NCBI GenBank assembly: GCA_051294905.1
Contig: CM119372.1
Coordinates: 124,001 to 188,000, forward strand
Reading direction: 5' to 3'
Source: Botryllus schlosseri
Lineage: Eukaryota
Length of the DNA: 64,000 nt
In this document: positions 41,193 through 53,439 of the stretch, piece by piece
How the letters are laid out: every line of letters begins with the position of its first letter
How positions within the stretch are numbered: position 1 is the first letter of the stretch
The notes under the pieces: model-generated
The model's input: the letters and a program-made list of their open reading frames with translations, nothing else
Told to the model about the DNA's origin: nothing
Database searches by the model: none
Made by a program: the position numbers and the translations under genes

Positions 41193-44100
41193 CCTATGAT
41201 GATGCATTTTTGTTTTGAAATTTACTGGGGTTGTGTATAATCTTCTAACGTGTGTACTGTGCATGGAGTTAACAATTTGGCATTAGATCGCTGCCTTGTT
41301 TTTCAGCCACTGCAAACAATCGATACGTCAAGATAGCTGGGAAGACACTCTAATGAATTTGCTGTCAAGCAATAATGTGTGACCGATAAGTGCCTGCGTA
41401 GGCTCCATTATAACCAGACGCAAATGTGAATATCACTCCCTAGTCTGCCATCATGATCAACGATGATGACGTTACGCTCTGATCACTTAAACATCAGACT
41501 GTCAATGTCAATATATGTAATGTTGCCTTGGCTTGAACGGATGGGGCCGTAATTGATAGCCGAATCTGACTGCTTCTTACCGTGTGTTAATATAAGGAAA
41601 CTAGAATATCTGTACCCATGGAAAGTGTTAGTTAGTGCAACACATATAATGTAAGATTATCGGTTGTAAGCCTAGCCTATACTGAGCTTTGTAACCGGCG
41701 CATTGTGCGCAACCGACACTCTGGGTATTTACAGCTGATACCACAATATGTCTGATAGGTGTTTGAATGGACACTCTCCTGCCGCAGCATTGTGACGTTA
41801 TGAAATGACAAAACAAGTCAACTTTGCAGTTGGCTGCTTTCCAATCCTATATCGCCACATTTCAGCCTGATCTTCATTATTTGTTTATGTTAGCTTTGCA
41901 GAGTCATTTTATCCTTGTATGTGATGACGAATAAACGAGTTTGATTTTTCAGTCAACACTTGCTGCATGGTATAAGCGGATGACATGAGCTGCGTCAGTT
42001 GAATTTAATGTTAAAAGTACGCTTGATTGATATCACGCGTTTTCAACCTAGATATGCGTTTCTGGTGAAGATGATAGGGTGATCACAATCATTTAAGGAA
42101 TTGCTACAAACTTACGAAGGTATGGAAAGCTGATTGAGGTCACATGGTCCGTTGAACCTTGCACATAATTCGAAAATTACGACGAGATATATTGCTATTA
42201 TGCAAGTCGGTCCTGTTCTCTCTCTAGCAACGAAATTATTGTGGATGCCGAGAGGGATGATTACACCCGCGGCCCTACTAGGTCACATTTTATATTCATC
42301 TGATCCAGATTGACGCGACATGAATATTCGGCGCCAGCAATTTAGGTACCGGACAAAGACATTCTTATATCTAAGTTTACGGTCAACATAAGGGCAATCC
42401 TTTTCGGCTAATGTTTTCTTGCTGACGATCTTTTTGGCTCACTTCTCTGAGACCCATGTTGGCCCAAACTTTATGTCTTCTTACATCGTGGCGTGGTAAT
42501 GGTCAACGCTTAGATGCCTACGTCCATAAATGATGCGTGTTTTTTGTGGAGGAAGGGTGCCTAATAATCAAAACATTTATCTACATGAAATCGCGTACAG
42601 CGCGAGAAAAATTAAAAAGTTACAAAAATTTTCAAATAAATAGCGAATAATTAATGTTCATTCACGAAATAATTTTTGGCACCATTCGAGCTCGCCCTCC
42701 CCCAAGCGTGGTAGGAATATCTGGGTGTGGCAGGAAGGGGGGAGATAGCGTAGCAGTGATGCGTGCGGCTTTTTGATCTGTAAATCGTTGGTTCAATCCC
42801 CGGGCGGGTCAGACCTAAGATTCGAAAACTGGTATCCACAGTATCCGATGGTTAAGATAAAAATAAGTTTGTTCGCTTTCTCTCTCTTGAGCATTTGCAA
42901 GGTGAATCCTTTCTTATTTGCACGGTTAGAGCAACAACCCTCCTTGGTTTATCTGGGCTACTCCTCCGACAAAGACATGGATTTTCGAATGCCAGGAAAG
43001 CAAACACTGAATTGCAAGGACAAACAACTGAAACACAGCTGAAGAGATCAAAATAGAAGCCTATCACCTTGGCGATTAGGCCGAGATGGATGCTATAACC
43101 ATGCTTGGTAGTTTAGCATTCTCCTCTCTGTTCAATATGTCACAATGCATCTTTTGTACCGCATTGCACATTGTCTGGCTTGAGCGGAAACAATAATTTG
43201 AGCTAAATTAGAAATAAAAGTCGGGGGTATAGTGTCATTATTAAGCATTATGTATTTGTATTCACTGATGGTGGATCTGTACTGAAACGGTGAATTCGCT
43301 CAACACTTGCATAAGCGCCTTTGCTTTCTCTCAATGAAACCACGACATGTAGGCTTCAGCCGTTTCCTTCACAATGAAGCAGTCATGCTGTAAAAGCTTC
43401 TGTGAAGCAGGTGTTGTTTGTTCATCATGTATTTCGTACCTCAACATGTAATAAATTAATCTTAAATCATCACCTGCCAAACTACTAACAATGCGCACTC
43501 AGAATCCCCGCCGGTAGCAGACTTCTTGAACACCTGATCAGCAAGCTGCTGCTGTGGTCATTGAAGCATAGCCGATTAGCCAATCAAGAGCCGTGGTTAT
43601 TTGATTACTAGACTTCTCGCCGTTCTATGGTCAGTGGCACGCCCATTCTTGAGCAGCTAATTTCAAACGCTTTGACCGAAATCTGAACGGCTTTCTAGTA
43701 AGCTTCTTTCAGGCTAATTGTTGTTTTTTATCAATAATCTATAGAATGAGACACAATCACGGAGACTTTTTGAGAGTTTCCAAATTTTGGAAAACCCTAA
43801 TATATATATTGAGCCCACTTCAACCGGAGGTAACTGTTTCCTTCTGAAACAACACAAACAAGAAACCACCGACAGTTAAATTTTATGACAAAACAAAACC
43901 AAGGGTCTATATTATTGACCTGGTTATCAGGTAGTATTTTATAAGGGACTAAGGGTAACAGCAATTTTGATGATGGTTTGTGCATGTTTTCTTGGAATGC
44001 GATTGATCTTCCACTTGCCACAAGGACGATACTAATAAAATATGCAAATCGAGGATTAGTCGCGAGATTGCATTTTGCAACTCTTAGCTGATGAGCTTTG

Positions 44101-44281
44101 CGATATGTCAGTAAGAACCAAGAATGGTGATGTGGATAAAGCGGATCTAGAGCCTACCCCAAATTTTCACAGAACGTGCTCAAATACCAAATGCGCGTCA
44201 GAACGACACTGATATGTTGCACCAAAAAACGGCGATCTTTGATAAGTGTTGGACAAAAGTATGTCTAAAATATTAAAAGTA

Positions 44282-46581
44282 CCGTAATTTTCCAACTGTA
44301 GTACGCCCCCATGTATAATACGCACCCTTAAAATGGCATGCAAGTTCTGGGAAAAAGCCTGTACCCATGTATAGTACACACCCTACATTCACAGTACATG
44401 AATAGCTGTGTTTTAGTACACGATGTTTTTCTGTTTTGCGATGTCACTGTCAAACAATCATGACATAAGCATCGCTAATCATTATGCAATTAACGGCATT
44501 GTCTCTAAACGATAGTACAGAGCAGCCAAAGCCTGCGAGGCTGGCGGCGCGATAGTGCGGGCCAGCGACACGACGTCTTGCGCACGGGGCCTATTACAGA
44601 TGCGATTGCTAATCATTATACAAGTAACGGTATTGCCTCTATACCAGGGGCGGGCAACTTCTCCAGTCGGCGGGCCGGATTAGGAAAATTAGGTACTTGG
44701 CGGGCCAGATTGCTGAATCGATAAATTATCCACATCTACAAGAAATAAATCGTATTTAATAAACGTATTTAAATGACAGCAATGTCACTTCAAAGCCATT
44801 TCTCGCCAATAATGACGAAGACAATGTGGATTTGAGAACAGCATTGTCATACAGGCGCCTTTATGTCTGCTTCTCTCTGATCAATTAACACACGTTGCAA
44901 TACTTGATTAAGATTTCAAGGCGTTCGATAAGCCCGGTACCCCAAATTTACCAACATATCAATTCATTAGGGTTGAGTACAGCGCAAATGCCGATAATGC
45001 AAGTCTTCTCGCTTCGGCGAACTTGCGCGTAAGCCCCATTCTCGTACGCTGTGCAGTACGCACACACGTATATAATAACATACAATCTGGAACGTAACAG
45101 CACTTCGTCAGCCCTTCTTCCCAAAACGTTGATATTGGGCCCCCCTAAACGCTAAACGAGCGAAGCGCGCAAAAATTTCTATAATTCATGATTGAATCGG
45201 TCAATATGATCGGGGATTGCATATATATTGTGATCATTTTTTATCATCTCTCTGTTCACGTAATCATATTTACCGGTAATAGAGCTGAGTGAGGTGTTTT
45301 GAAAAATGTAGGGCCCCTAAATATTAATTAAACATCTTCGGCGGACCGTTGGTATGACTTCGTTGCATCATGCTACGTCAAAAGATATTGAAATCCCCTA
45401 AACTTACAAAACTAAATGACGCACACGATTTCAAATTGATATATCTTTACTGGCTAATAATTTTTCCCTGATGTATGGCATTTGTCTTGTGGGGTTCAGA
45501 ACGCCAGGACAGGATCATTCGGCGCCAGCCATTTAGGCGCCAATGGACATTTAAACATATATGTATAATTGTATATAGAAGTTTTCGGTCAACACAAAGG
45601 CAGTCTTTTTCGGCCAAGGTCTTCTCGCTGATGCTCGTACTGCTGGCACACTTCTCGGAGTCACATGTGACAGCATGGCCTATAACTTCATTTGTCGTGC
45701 CGCGGTAATGGCTGACGCCAAAGTGTCCATTTCTATTAATAATGAAGGTAATTGTCAACATTAAATTGCTCCCAGCGCAAAACAAAATTGCAAAAGTTGC
45801 ATAAATTTATAAAGAAATACTTCATAATTCATTTAAATTCGCGAAATAATTTTGGCCCCCTTCGAGCTCGGCTCCCCCCAATTCGGGGGTTTGGGGTGCG
45901 GCAGTTACGGTCTTGCAAACAGTCACTAAAATTTGACTTTTAAGCAAGAAGTGGGGAATCTCAGCAGACCGGGGCCGTGGGCCACATCATGTAAGAGGGG
46001 AAACTGTCCGCGGGCCGGACAAAATCCCGTCGCGGGCCGGATCCGGGCCGTATGTTGCCCGCCTCTGCTCTATACGATAGTAGATAGCAGCCAAGGCCGG
46101 CGACGCGACATCTTGCGCACAAGGTCAGATGCGAATGCTCAGGCCAACGGTTATGTCGTGCACACTACGCCTGTTGGAGGTCTGACTGATAACGCAAGCG
46201 ATTATATTTTGCGCACATGGCCTGTCGATGAATCAGCGAGGATTGCCGCGCGCGCATTCAGGAGTCAATGAATGACCTAATTTCGCTCGCGTGCAAACGG
46301 CTAACCGAGTCAGCAGGAGATTGCGCTGTGCAGACGACTCTCGTAAATTGGCAATACGCTTTTTGCTAATTGGTGGCGCGTTACACTGATAATACGAATT
46401 ACTGGGCACGATGGCTGAAAGTGATGCGCGATTGGAAACAAACATGAAGAAAGGTGTGATTTCAGGTTTTTTATCGAGGGAGATTTTTTTCAAGCGTGTT
46501 GTTTCCATGTATAATACGCAACCCCCGATTTTAGGGCAAAAAATCGTGAAAATTTTGCGGATTATACATGGAAAATTGCAG
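44282..46581. mobile_element. TA-flanked Tc1/pogo-type MITE (CCGTAATTTTCC ends) with a nested Buster MITE at 44645-46067
   Basis: TA TSD and GTATAATACGCACCC subrepeats; nested element has perfect TSD CTCTATAC; sister copy at 54286-54966. Confidence 0.75.
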
Positions 46582-47021
46582 TAACTGTCAGCGCAATAGA
46601 CAATGATTTCCCATGCCGTTTGTAGATCTTTGTGTTGATTTTTAGCCTCCTTGAATGCATTTAATCAGAAAAAATTCAACATGCGTCATAAAAGCCACTT
46701 GGTACTTCTAGGTAGTTCGAAGTTCCGGTAATTCTAGTGTTAACACTCGCAACTACAACTAGTCACTTTTTTAAATGTGCAACTACATTTAGAACTACCG
46801 GTACTCAGTTTTCAAAACTCGCAACTAAACTAAAACTACTCACTTTTTAACACTTGCAAATGACTCACTTTTTGAAATGCACAAATATATTTAGAACTAC
46901 CCAGTTTTCAAAACTCACAACTAGAACTAGAACTGGCGACCTTCAAAAATCTGTAACCAGCTACAACATAACTAACTTGATTCAAGTCCGAAGCAACTCA
47001 TCAATTTGCATTAATCTAATC

Positions 47022-47442
47022 CAGTGGTTCCCAACCTTTTTCCACCCATGTACCATTTCATGGTTGTAAGTAGTGCTCGCGTACAACCTACATAAGTTAC
47101 GCATGCCGAAGGCGGCCAAATAATGATTCCACCGTGTTAAGCGACCGAAGATGGCGAAACAAAAAATAAACTGCCCATTTTAAAGCGCAGTACCGTATAT
47201 GATTTCTGTTGTGGATCCATTTGGAATTCTTGTGGTCAAATATATTGAAACTCTTTCCCGTAGGCCTTCATTGTTGGGATTGCCCCTACCCACAACGACT
47301 ATCTTACAGCGACGACCGCGGCTTCAAAAAACTCAAAATCAACCCCACCAGAACTAATTACTCCCTTCGGTCGAAAAAAAAAACAGAATCTACTCGCTTA
47401 CCACCTGGAAGACCTTCACATACCACAGTTTGGGAACCACTG
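47022..47442. mobile_element. Charlie-type MITE (same family as 4614-6508, inverted)
   Basis: TIR CAGTGGTTCCCAA; perfect TSD ATCTAATC. Confidence 0.88.
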
Positions 47443-47873
47443 ATCTAATCCAATTGGAGATAGAATCAGGATTTCAAAAACATGGGGTTTCCAGTTTGAA
47501 ACTCACCCCGTGCTGTTAGTAGTGATGACTCTAAACTAGAAATAGCTGCAAGAACATGACACAAGAGAACACAGGTATCACGATTCATGACAAATGACGA
47601 CATGTTTTCTAGTTAATCGGCAACAAAATTTTTGTTTAAATGAACAGCTAGTCTAGAAGTAGTCACTTTTTACAATCCGGAATTAGAACTGCCATTGGAA
47701 TTTACTCTCTTTTGAGAGCTAAAAACTAAAGTTATAACTAGAACAACTCAAAAAAGCATTAGTTAGCATTAGCAGACCGTCAACTAACTCGATTGGTAGT
47801 TTGTGCAAGTTGATTCTTAACGTAAAATTTACTTACGTTTTTGTGCATCCTTGACAAGCAAATTCATCTGCAG

Positions 47874-47967
47874 AAGTACATCTCTCTGGTTCTGGTGTCA
47901 TACTTGCGATTGTTGAAATACATGGATTCACCGAAGATCGGCATCACATTGCTCAACCAGGAGGACG
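47874..47967 (+). CDS. Exon C (end of TM4, start of cytoplasmic tail)
   Basis: ctgcag|AAG...G|gtaaga, phase 0-1; KYISLVLVSYLRLLKYMDSPKIGITLLNQED. Confidence 0.85.
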
Positions 47968-49699
47968 GTAAGATCGGAGGAGCAAAGTCTGTCGGAAGAG
48001 CAGACTCTGCCAAACTCGGTTTGTGAAATTTCTTGGCTTCTAGTCTACTTTCTTGTCCGCAAAGATATGGCCGGCTCCAATCAGGGCTCCCGGTAAACAT
48101 GTAAAAGTTCCCGCTTAAAATTGGTCTAGAGTTGGGACATCATCGAATTAGGGTAGAGCAGTGGTTCTCATCCTTTTTGTCTTTGCCTACCCCCTCTGGA
48201 CCGCCACGGACCCCCCTGACCCCCCAGTTTTAGTTCAAATTTAGCTCAATTATCGTGCAATCGGCATCTGTATTGTGCTAATATTAGCTGTAGGGTAGTG
48301 ATACAGAGTAACAAAATGACATTTCTTGAGAACAACATCATACTATTTCTGTAGAAATTGGGAAGACTTTCTGTAGCTTGACTACCTGAAATCCGCGGTC
48401 GTGTCTTGAAAATCCATGCCGTCAATCAGTTTCTGAAGTAGTGCCAAAACTCCATTTTCAAATAGATGGGTGGTGGCGAATGTAATAATCGCACGTAACG
48501 CTTCAGACGACACCTTTGCGTATGATGTGATTGAGAAACAGAACAGTTTCTAGTCAGCCTGGTCATTTCTATCTAGCAATTAAAGTGAGTTTGTTCAGTG
48601 GAATATTCCATCTCAGGCGGTCATTCTGTTTATTTGAGTTGTGAAATTTGAGCAGTTAATAACGACACTGCCTCGTGATTTCTTTAATTAAAAAATAGAA
48701 AATAGATTTTCAACCATTTTACAAATCTGGAGGTTTTGCTAACCCCTAGAAAATGCTTCACATAACCCCGGTTGAGAACCACTACGGTAGAGGGTTAGCG
48801 TTTCGTAAGACTGGGGTTGGGTTATTGCAGTGGCGGCTCGTGACAATATCGGGTGGTGGGGCAAGGGCTGCAAGCGACTTTTTATCAAGATGGCGTCACA
48901 ATGGCGTTTTCCAACGTAAACAAGTAACTTAATGATGGTACGGTAACATGAATTTCCCGGCAACAGTGATTTTAACGTATGTGCCATGAGAGGTCTGCCG
49001 GTGTGCTGTGACTTGAAGTGTGGTAACTGCGTAAACGGCGTAGGCCTACGGAACAAAGATTCAACACGGTTCATGTTCGCACTAGACCTGACTAATTATC
49101 TGCAGAAATGGAAATGACTATAACTCGAGAGATTGCGTGAGCCTAATTGGAAAGGTCAACGAGTTCGGACACATACGCAATTGCTATCTCATACATTGGG
49201 CCTGTCATATTGAATCCAAAACATTCTGAAGAACTAAGAATAGCAGCCTCGTAAATTCGGTCTCGGTACAGCATAGGAGATTTTGGCCTTGAAACTGGAG
49301 ACTGTAACACGACACATACGGCTTTATTACTGTCTATAGGTCTGCTGCGAATTCGCCTTTGGAAAATACATTACCGAATAAATACGTGGATGAAAGCCGT
49401 AAACTTAGTACACTGTTACATGACATCATCGAGAAGTAGCCTCATGGCCCTTTTCGGTATGGTACACTGTCAAAATTAATGCGAACAGACCGAATTTTGC
49501 GTAAAATTTACTGAGGAATAGGCTGATCAAGTGTTCAGCTGTTAGCCGCCATCGAAAACGAAATAGCTATCGCGCTTGACAGTGGGTTGTAAGTAAGCAA
49601 ATGGCTTGAAGGCCACAATTTCATGGGGAAATTGACATTGGAGAATATAATATCGAAGTAAATATTTGAATGCACACTGAGAATGATATCACCATCTCA

Positions 49700-50350
49700 T
49701 CACCTATCTCAGTATGGAACACAGTTAACGTTACCACACATACACCGGCTTTTGCGTGAAATCCGCAATGCGTTGTAGGCTAAAGTGTCAGATCAGAGCA
49801 CATCTCTACCATACTCGGCCCTGATAACAAAATTACTGCCCTAATCATTGAGTGTCAACCTTGAGACTTGGCACAGCGTTCGATACTAAAATCAAGACAT
49901 ACCGTGCAAAAGCTTATGACGGATCTAGGTAAGGAGCATCGTTAAAATCGATAGAGACCAATACCGGCTTTGCGTAAAATCTGTTAGCGATAAATGACGA
50001 GTCAGCTCTCTCTCGACTTAGGAAACGAAATTACCACTAACATAGTTCAGTGACAAACTTAAAACTTGGTACAGCGTCCGATAGCCTACTAACATTAAGA
50101 CTTACCATGCCAAATGTCATAACCAATCTCAGTATTGAACATCGTCAAAATCAATGGATACCAATACCGGCTTTTGAGTAAAATCTGTTTGCGATACATG
50201 ACGGATCAGCACACACTCAACTTCGGAAACGGAATTACTACCCTAAACTTTGAGTAGAAACCCTGAAACTTGGGGCAGTGTTAAATACCACCATCACGAC
50301 ATGATATACCAAGTTTCAAGAGTTTTCATGGTGTGAAACACCATCAAAAT
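49700..50350. repeat. Degenerate tandem units of about 200 bp (AAACTTGG-ACAG core)
   Basis: Core recurs near 49863, 50062 and 50266; the same family occurs as an inverted arrangement at about 13900-14420. Confidence 0.65.
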
Positions 50351-51342
50351 CGACTGATACCAGCAAAGGTCGACTAAACGCATATGACGGTAACCGAGTT
50401 CAGATATAGATACGATTGTTACATCACACCTTTGGGGCACAGAGCTATTGTGCCCCGGTTGCTCGGTAATTTTATGAATAGGAGAGAGTAAATCACCGTT
50501 TCTTTATTGTGCGCGGCTTTGAGAGAATAGACAGTGAAAGCTTGTTACGAGCGCTACCGGGGCAAGCCCCGGCTAGGCATTCGCAAAGCGAAAACACAGA
50601 AGAGAATTCGATTTTCGCAGAGACTTCGCTATATATGGGCATTTACAAGCGAAAGGATAAGAAGAATACGATTTTCGCTGTGATTTCTGTATATATAGAT
50701 TGCTGTGCGTCTATAAATGGTAAAGAATTGTTATTGAACAGAATTTTAGGTGGGGCAATGCCCCAGTTGCCCTATAGGACGAGCCGCCACTGGGTTATTG
50801 TAAAATTAGGGTACTGTAAGATTGGGCTAAGGTTATCGTAAAATTAGGTTTGATGATGTGGGTTCCATGAAATTTATGTTGGGTTAACGTAAGCAGAGTG
50901 GGACAATTAGATGATTCTAGTTGTCTAATTAGAGCGAAATCTAATTGACAAAAAATGTGTAACCGTGTACCTAGATCTAGACTAATTTGGAAAAAAATGT
51001 GTGGCTATCATTCTAATTGTAATCTAATTTGGAAAAAATGTTTGATTATCATTCTAATTCCGAATGTGAGAATTTTCTAGTTGTCCAAGTCTGCTAGTAA
51101 GATTAGGGTTGGCCTTGTGAAAATTGCGATTTACGGCAACGTTGGGTTGTCGCAGGATCAGCACCAGAGTGATTACAGCTCCTGTGATACCATAACTCGA
51201 AGGCAATTATAAACTCCATAAATGTTATCATGTTCACTGGAAACCCTGAGTGGTGACAGTCATGTTGTTGTGGATGAGAAGGTAGACTTGACTCTTGATG
51301 TGTGCCATTTCTTTTTGTTCGAAAACCGCTTCCAACATGCAG

Positions 51343-51433
51343 AGTCCGAAAAAAAGAAGACCAAACCCAAAACAGGAGATTCGTCCGTTCCGGAACTACC
51401 GCGTCGCGAAGTTGTCACTTCTCCCAGGCGCAG
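51343..51433 (+). CDS. Exon D
   Basis: atgcag|AG...AG|gtgcga, phase 1-2; ESEKKKTKPKTGDSSVPELPRREVVTSPRR. Confidence 0.82.
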
Positions 51434-52217
51434 GTGCGAATATCAGATTTTTCATCTTCACTGATAACCAGGGTTCGAACCAAATCACAAGATTTCGGGT
51501 CACAAGTCGATTTGACTTTTTTAGTTTTGACTCGAGTCAAGTCGAGTCATTTTCAATTCACCACCGAGTCAAGTCTGACTCCAATTCAGGGAGTAACGGG
51601 TTCAGTCCGAGTCATAGTGTTACGACTCAATTCCGAGTCCAAGTCATAGAGCTCATTATCGAGTTGAAGTCGGGTTCAACTGACTGTTGTGTAACCCTAG
51701 GGCGATATCGAAGGACTCAGATCCATAATACTCATTCTAAACATGTTTTTGCAAATAGATGAAAGACAATTTCTGGGCCTATTTGTCAATTGTCGGTCCT
51801 GATACACGAGACTTTATTAAGTCACAGAGAATGTGTCGAGTCATGCGCAAAGACTCAAGTACAAGTCAAGTGAATACACAGATTGATTCGAGTCGAGTCA
51901 TTTTCCATTTTTGAGAAGATGACTCGAGTTAAGTAGAGTCTACGAAAAATTGTGACTCAACTCATTACATCCATGACGTTAACCCCGATCTGTTCAGCCA
52001 ATATTTAAAAAATATCTAGCTTAAGAGAATTTTGTATTTATTTTTCCATATAAATTTAGAATTTTCTACTAGTAAATAGCTATGCCACTGCAGGTAGGAA
52101 TTGAGCCAAATTCGATGTGCAGCGTTTTTTTAGATAACAGAACAATTTTGTCAACTAGCCAGTAAACATAAAAAGAAGTTATTTCTGAATAACCCTATCG
52201 TTAATTCCCTTTTGCAG

Positions 52218-52376
52218 GAGTGTTGCACACGATCCGATTTACGAGAATACCAATCCAGGATCTTCGGGGCCAGAGAAAAAGGAATCTTTCATCGACGTCG
52301 TCAACGAATTGACAGACGACCCGACTATTTTCGACAATATCGGGAAGCCGAAACCTCTTCGCCGGATCCCAATGAG
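52218..52376 (+). CDS. Exon E (DPIYEN); frame absent from the ORF track
   Basis: ttgcag|G...AG|gtggga, phase 2-2; SVAHDPIYENTNPGSSGPEKKESFIDVVNELTDDPTIFDNIGKPKPLRRIPM. Confidence 0.85.
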
Positions 52377-52806
52377 GTGGGATTGCTTCTGCCTGTGCTT
52401 GGGCCAGAGTTGGACGACTAGAAAATTTCCAGCTTTTCGAATTAGACTGCGGTTACTATGATACCATCCCTTACACATAAGATCGGAATAACTCAATTCA
52501 CAAAGGAAATAAAACAAAAGTCAAGCACCGTTGATATGAAGTCGGAATTGGTTCTCATAATCACGAGAACGGCAAATGACTGTATAGCAAGGTTGGCTCT
52601 TTTCTTACGATGCAGTTCTTACGTAGCATTTCACAAAAACCAGACATTAGATTAGAATGGTAGTGGGAGCATAGGAACATTTCATAAATTGGAATAGAAG
52701 TAGAATACCTGTACTGGCATTTCGCCATGGTCGATACCAACTTATTTGATGTCCAAGTTTTCGTGAGTGGAGTCATTCTAATTCTAGTTGGGCTGATGTA
52801 TTGCAG

Positions 52807-52994
52807 ACGAAATCCTCTTCCCCCACCTCGCGGGGAAGCCATCTACATGAACCAGACCAATGTGAGCGACACGCCCGGTGCGCCTTACGCCAAAGTCTCC
52901 AAACCGTTGAAGCGATCTTCCTCGTTTTCTGGGCCGGCTGTTTACGATCTGCCTCCAGACGAGCCAAAGACTGATAACGGGAAGGATCAGAAAA
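52807..52994 (+). CDS. Exon F (PLPPPR, IYMN, YAKV, VYDLP)
   Basis: ttgcag|A...A|gtgatt, phase 2-1; RNPLPPPRGEAIYMNQTNVSDTPGAPYAKVSKPLKRSSSFSGPAVYDLPPDEPK. Confidence 0.85.
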
Positions 52995-53052
52995 GTGATT
53001 TACTGTGCCGTGACGCAACGACTGCTGGTTTATGTTTGGCGTTTCTTTTCAG

Positions 53053-53121
53053 ATGCCTATCCAAAGGAGAGTGACGGTTCACACGACACGGGATTCAACT
53101 CAAAGTCGTCTGTAACCTCGA
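53053..53121 (+). CDS. Exon G (after a 58-bp intron)
   Basis: tttcag|AT...A|gtgagt, phase 1-1; AYPKESDGSHDTGFNSKSSVTS. Confidence 0.83.
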
Positions 53122-53439
53122 GTGAGTTGAAAAGCAGTTGTCACAGCTCGAGATGACCGGCCCCAGCCTTGTACAAACTAGCAGGCTGGTTCGTTGACGG
53201 TCGTCGAAATTAGATTTTTCTGAGTTGTTGTGCTCCTAGTTCTGGTTTGTGGATTTTCAAAAGTGAATAGCTAGTTGTAGTTGTAGGTGCAGATTCTGAA
53301 AAAGGAGTGCTTCTAGTTCAATTTCTAGTTACGCATTTTGTAAAGAGATGAGTTCTAGCTCCAGATTTTAAAAATCTAGTTGTGTGTTTTGAAAAGTGAA
53401 TATTTCTAGTTGTCATTTAAAATCCAGTAATATGTACAA

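Larger units (their letters stand above)
23418..46739. mobile_element. piggyBac-like element whose ends bracket 23.3 kb of nested insertions
   Basis: TTAA on both sides; 13-bp TIR CAC(A/T)AGAA(CG/TT)ACC; subterminal IR AAGTGGCTTTT(T/A)TGACGCAT with asymmetric spacing. The interrupted host repeat resumes across the site (cactctTTAA | cactcgcaactacaact). Confidence 0.75.

Noticed and set aside
35000..44280. Possible very old minus-strand LINE threaded between the MITEs (faint YxDD-like word near 35770 and IxH-like word near 41385)
   Set aside because: Motifs are too degraded to support by eye; it needs a frameshift-aware HMM search after removing nested insertions.
52212..52421. ORF-track peptide MQECCTRSDL... 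as the exon product
   Set aside because: Splice phase from exon D puts exon E in a different frame (SVAHDPIYEN...), which also joins exon F correctly.
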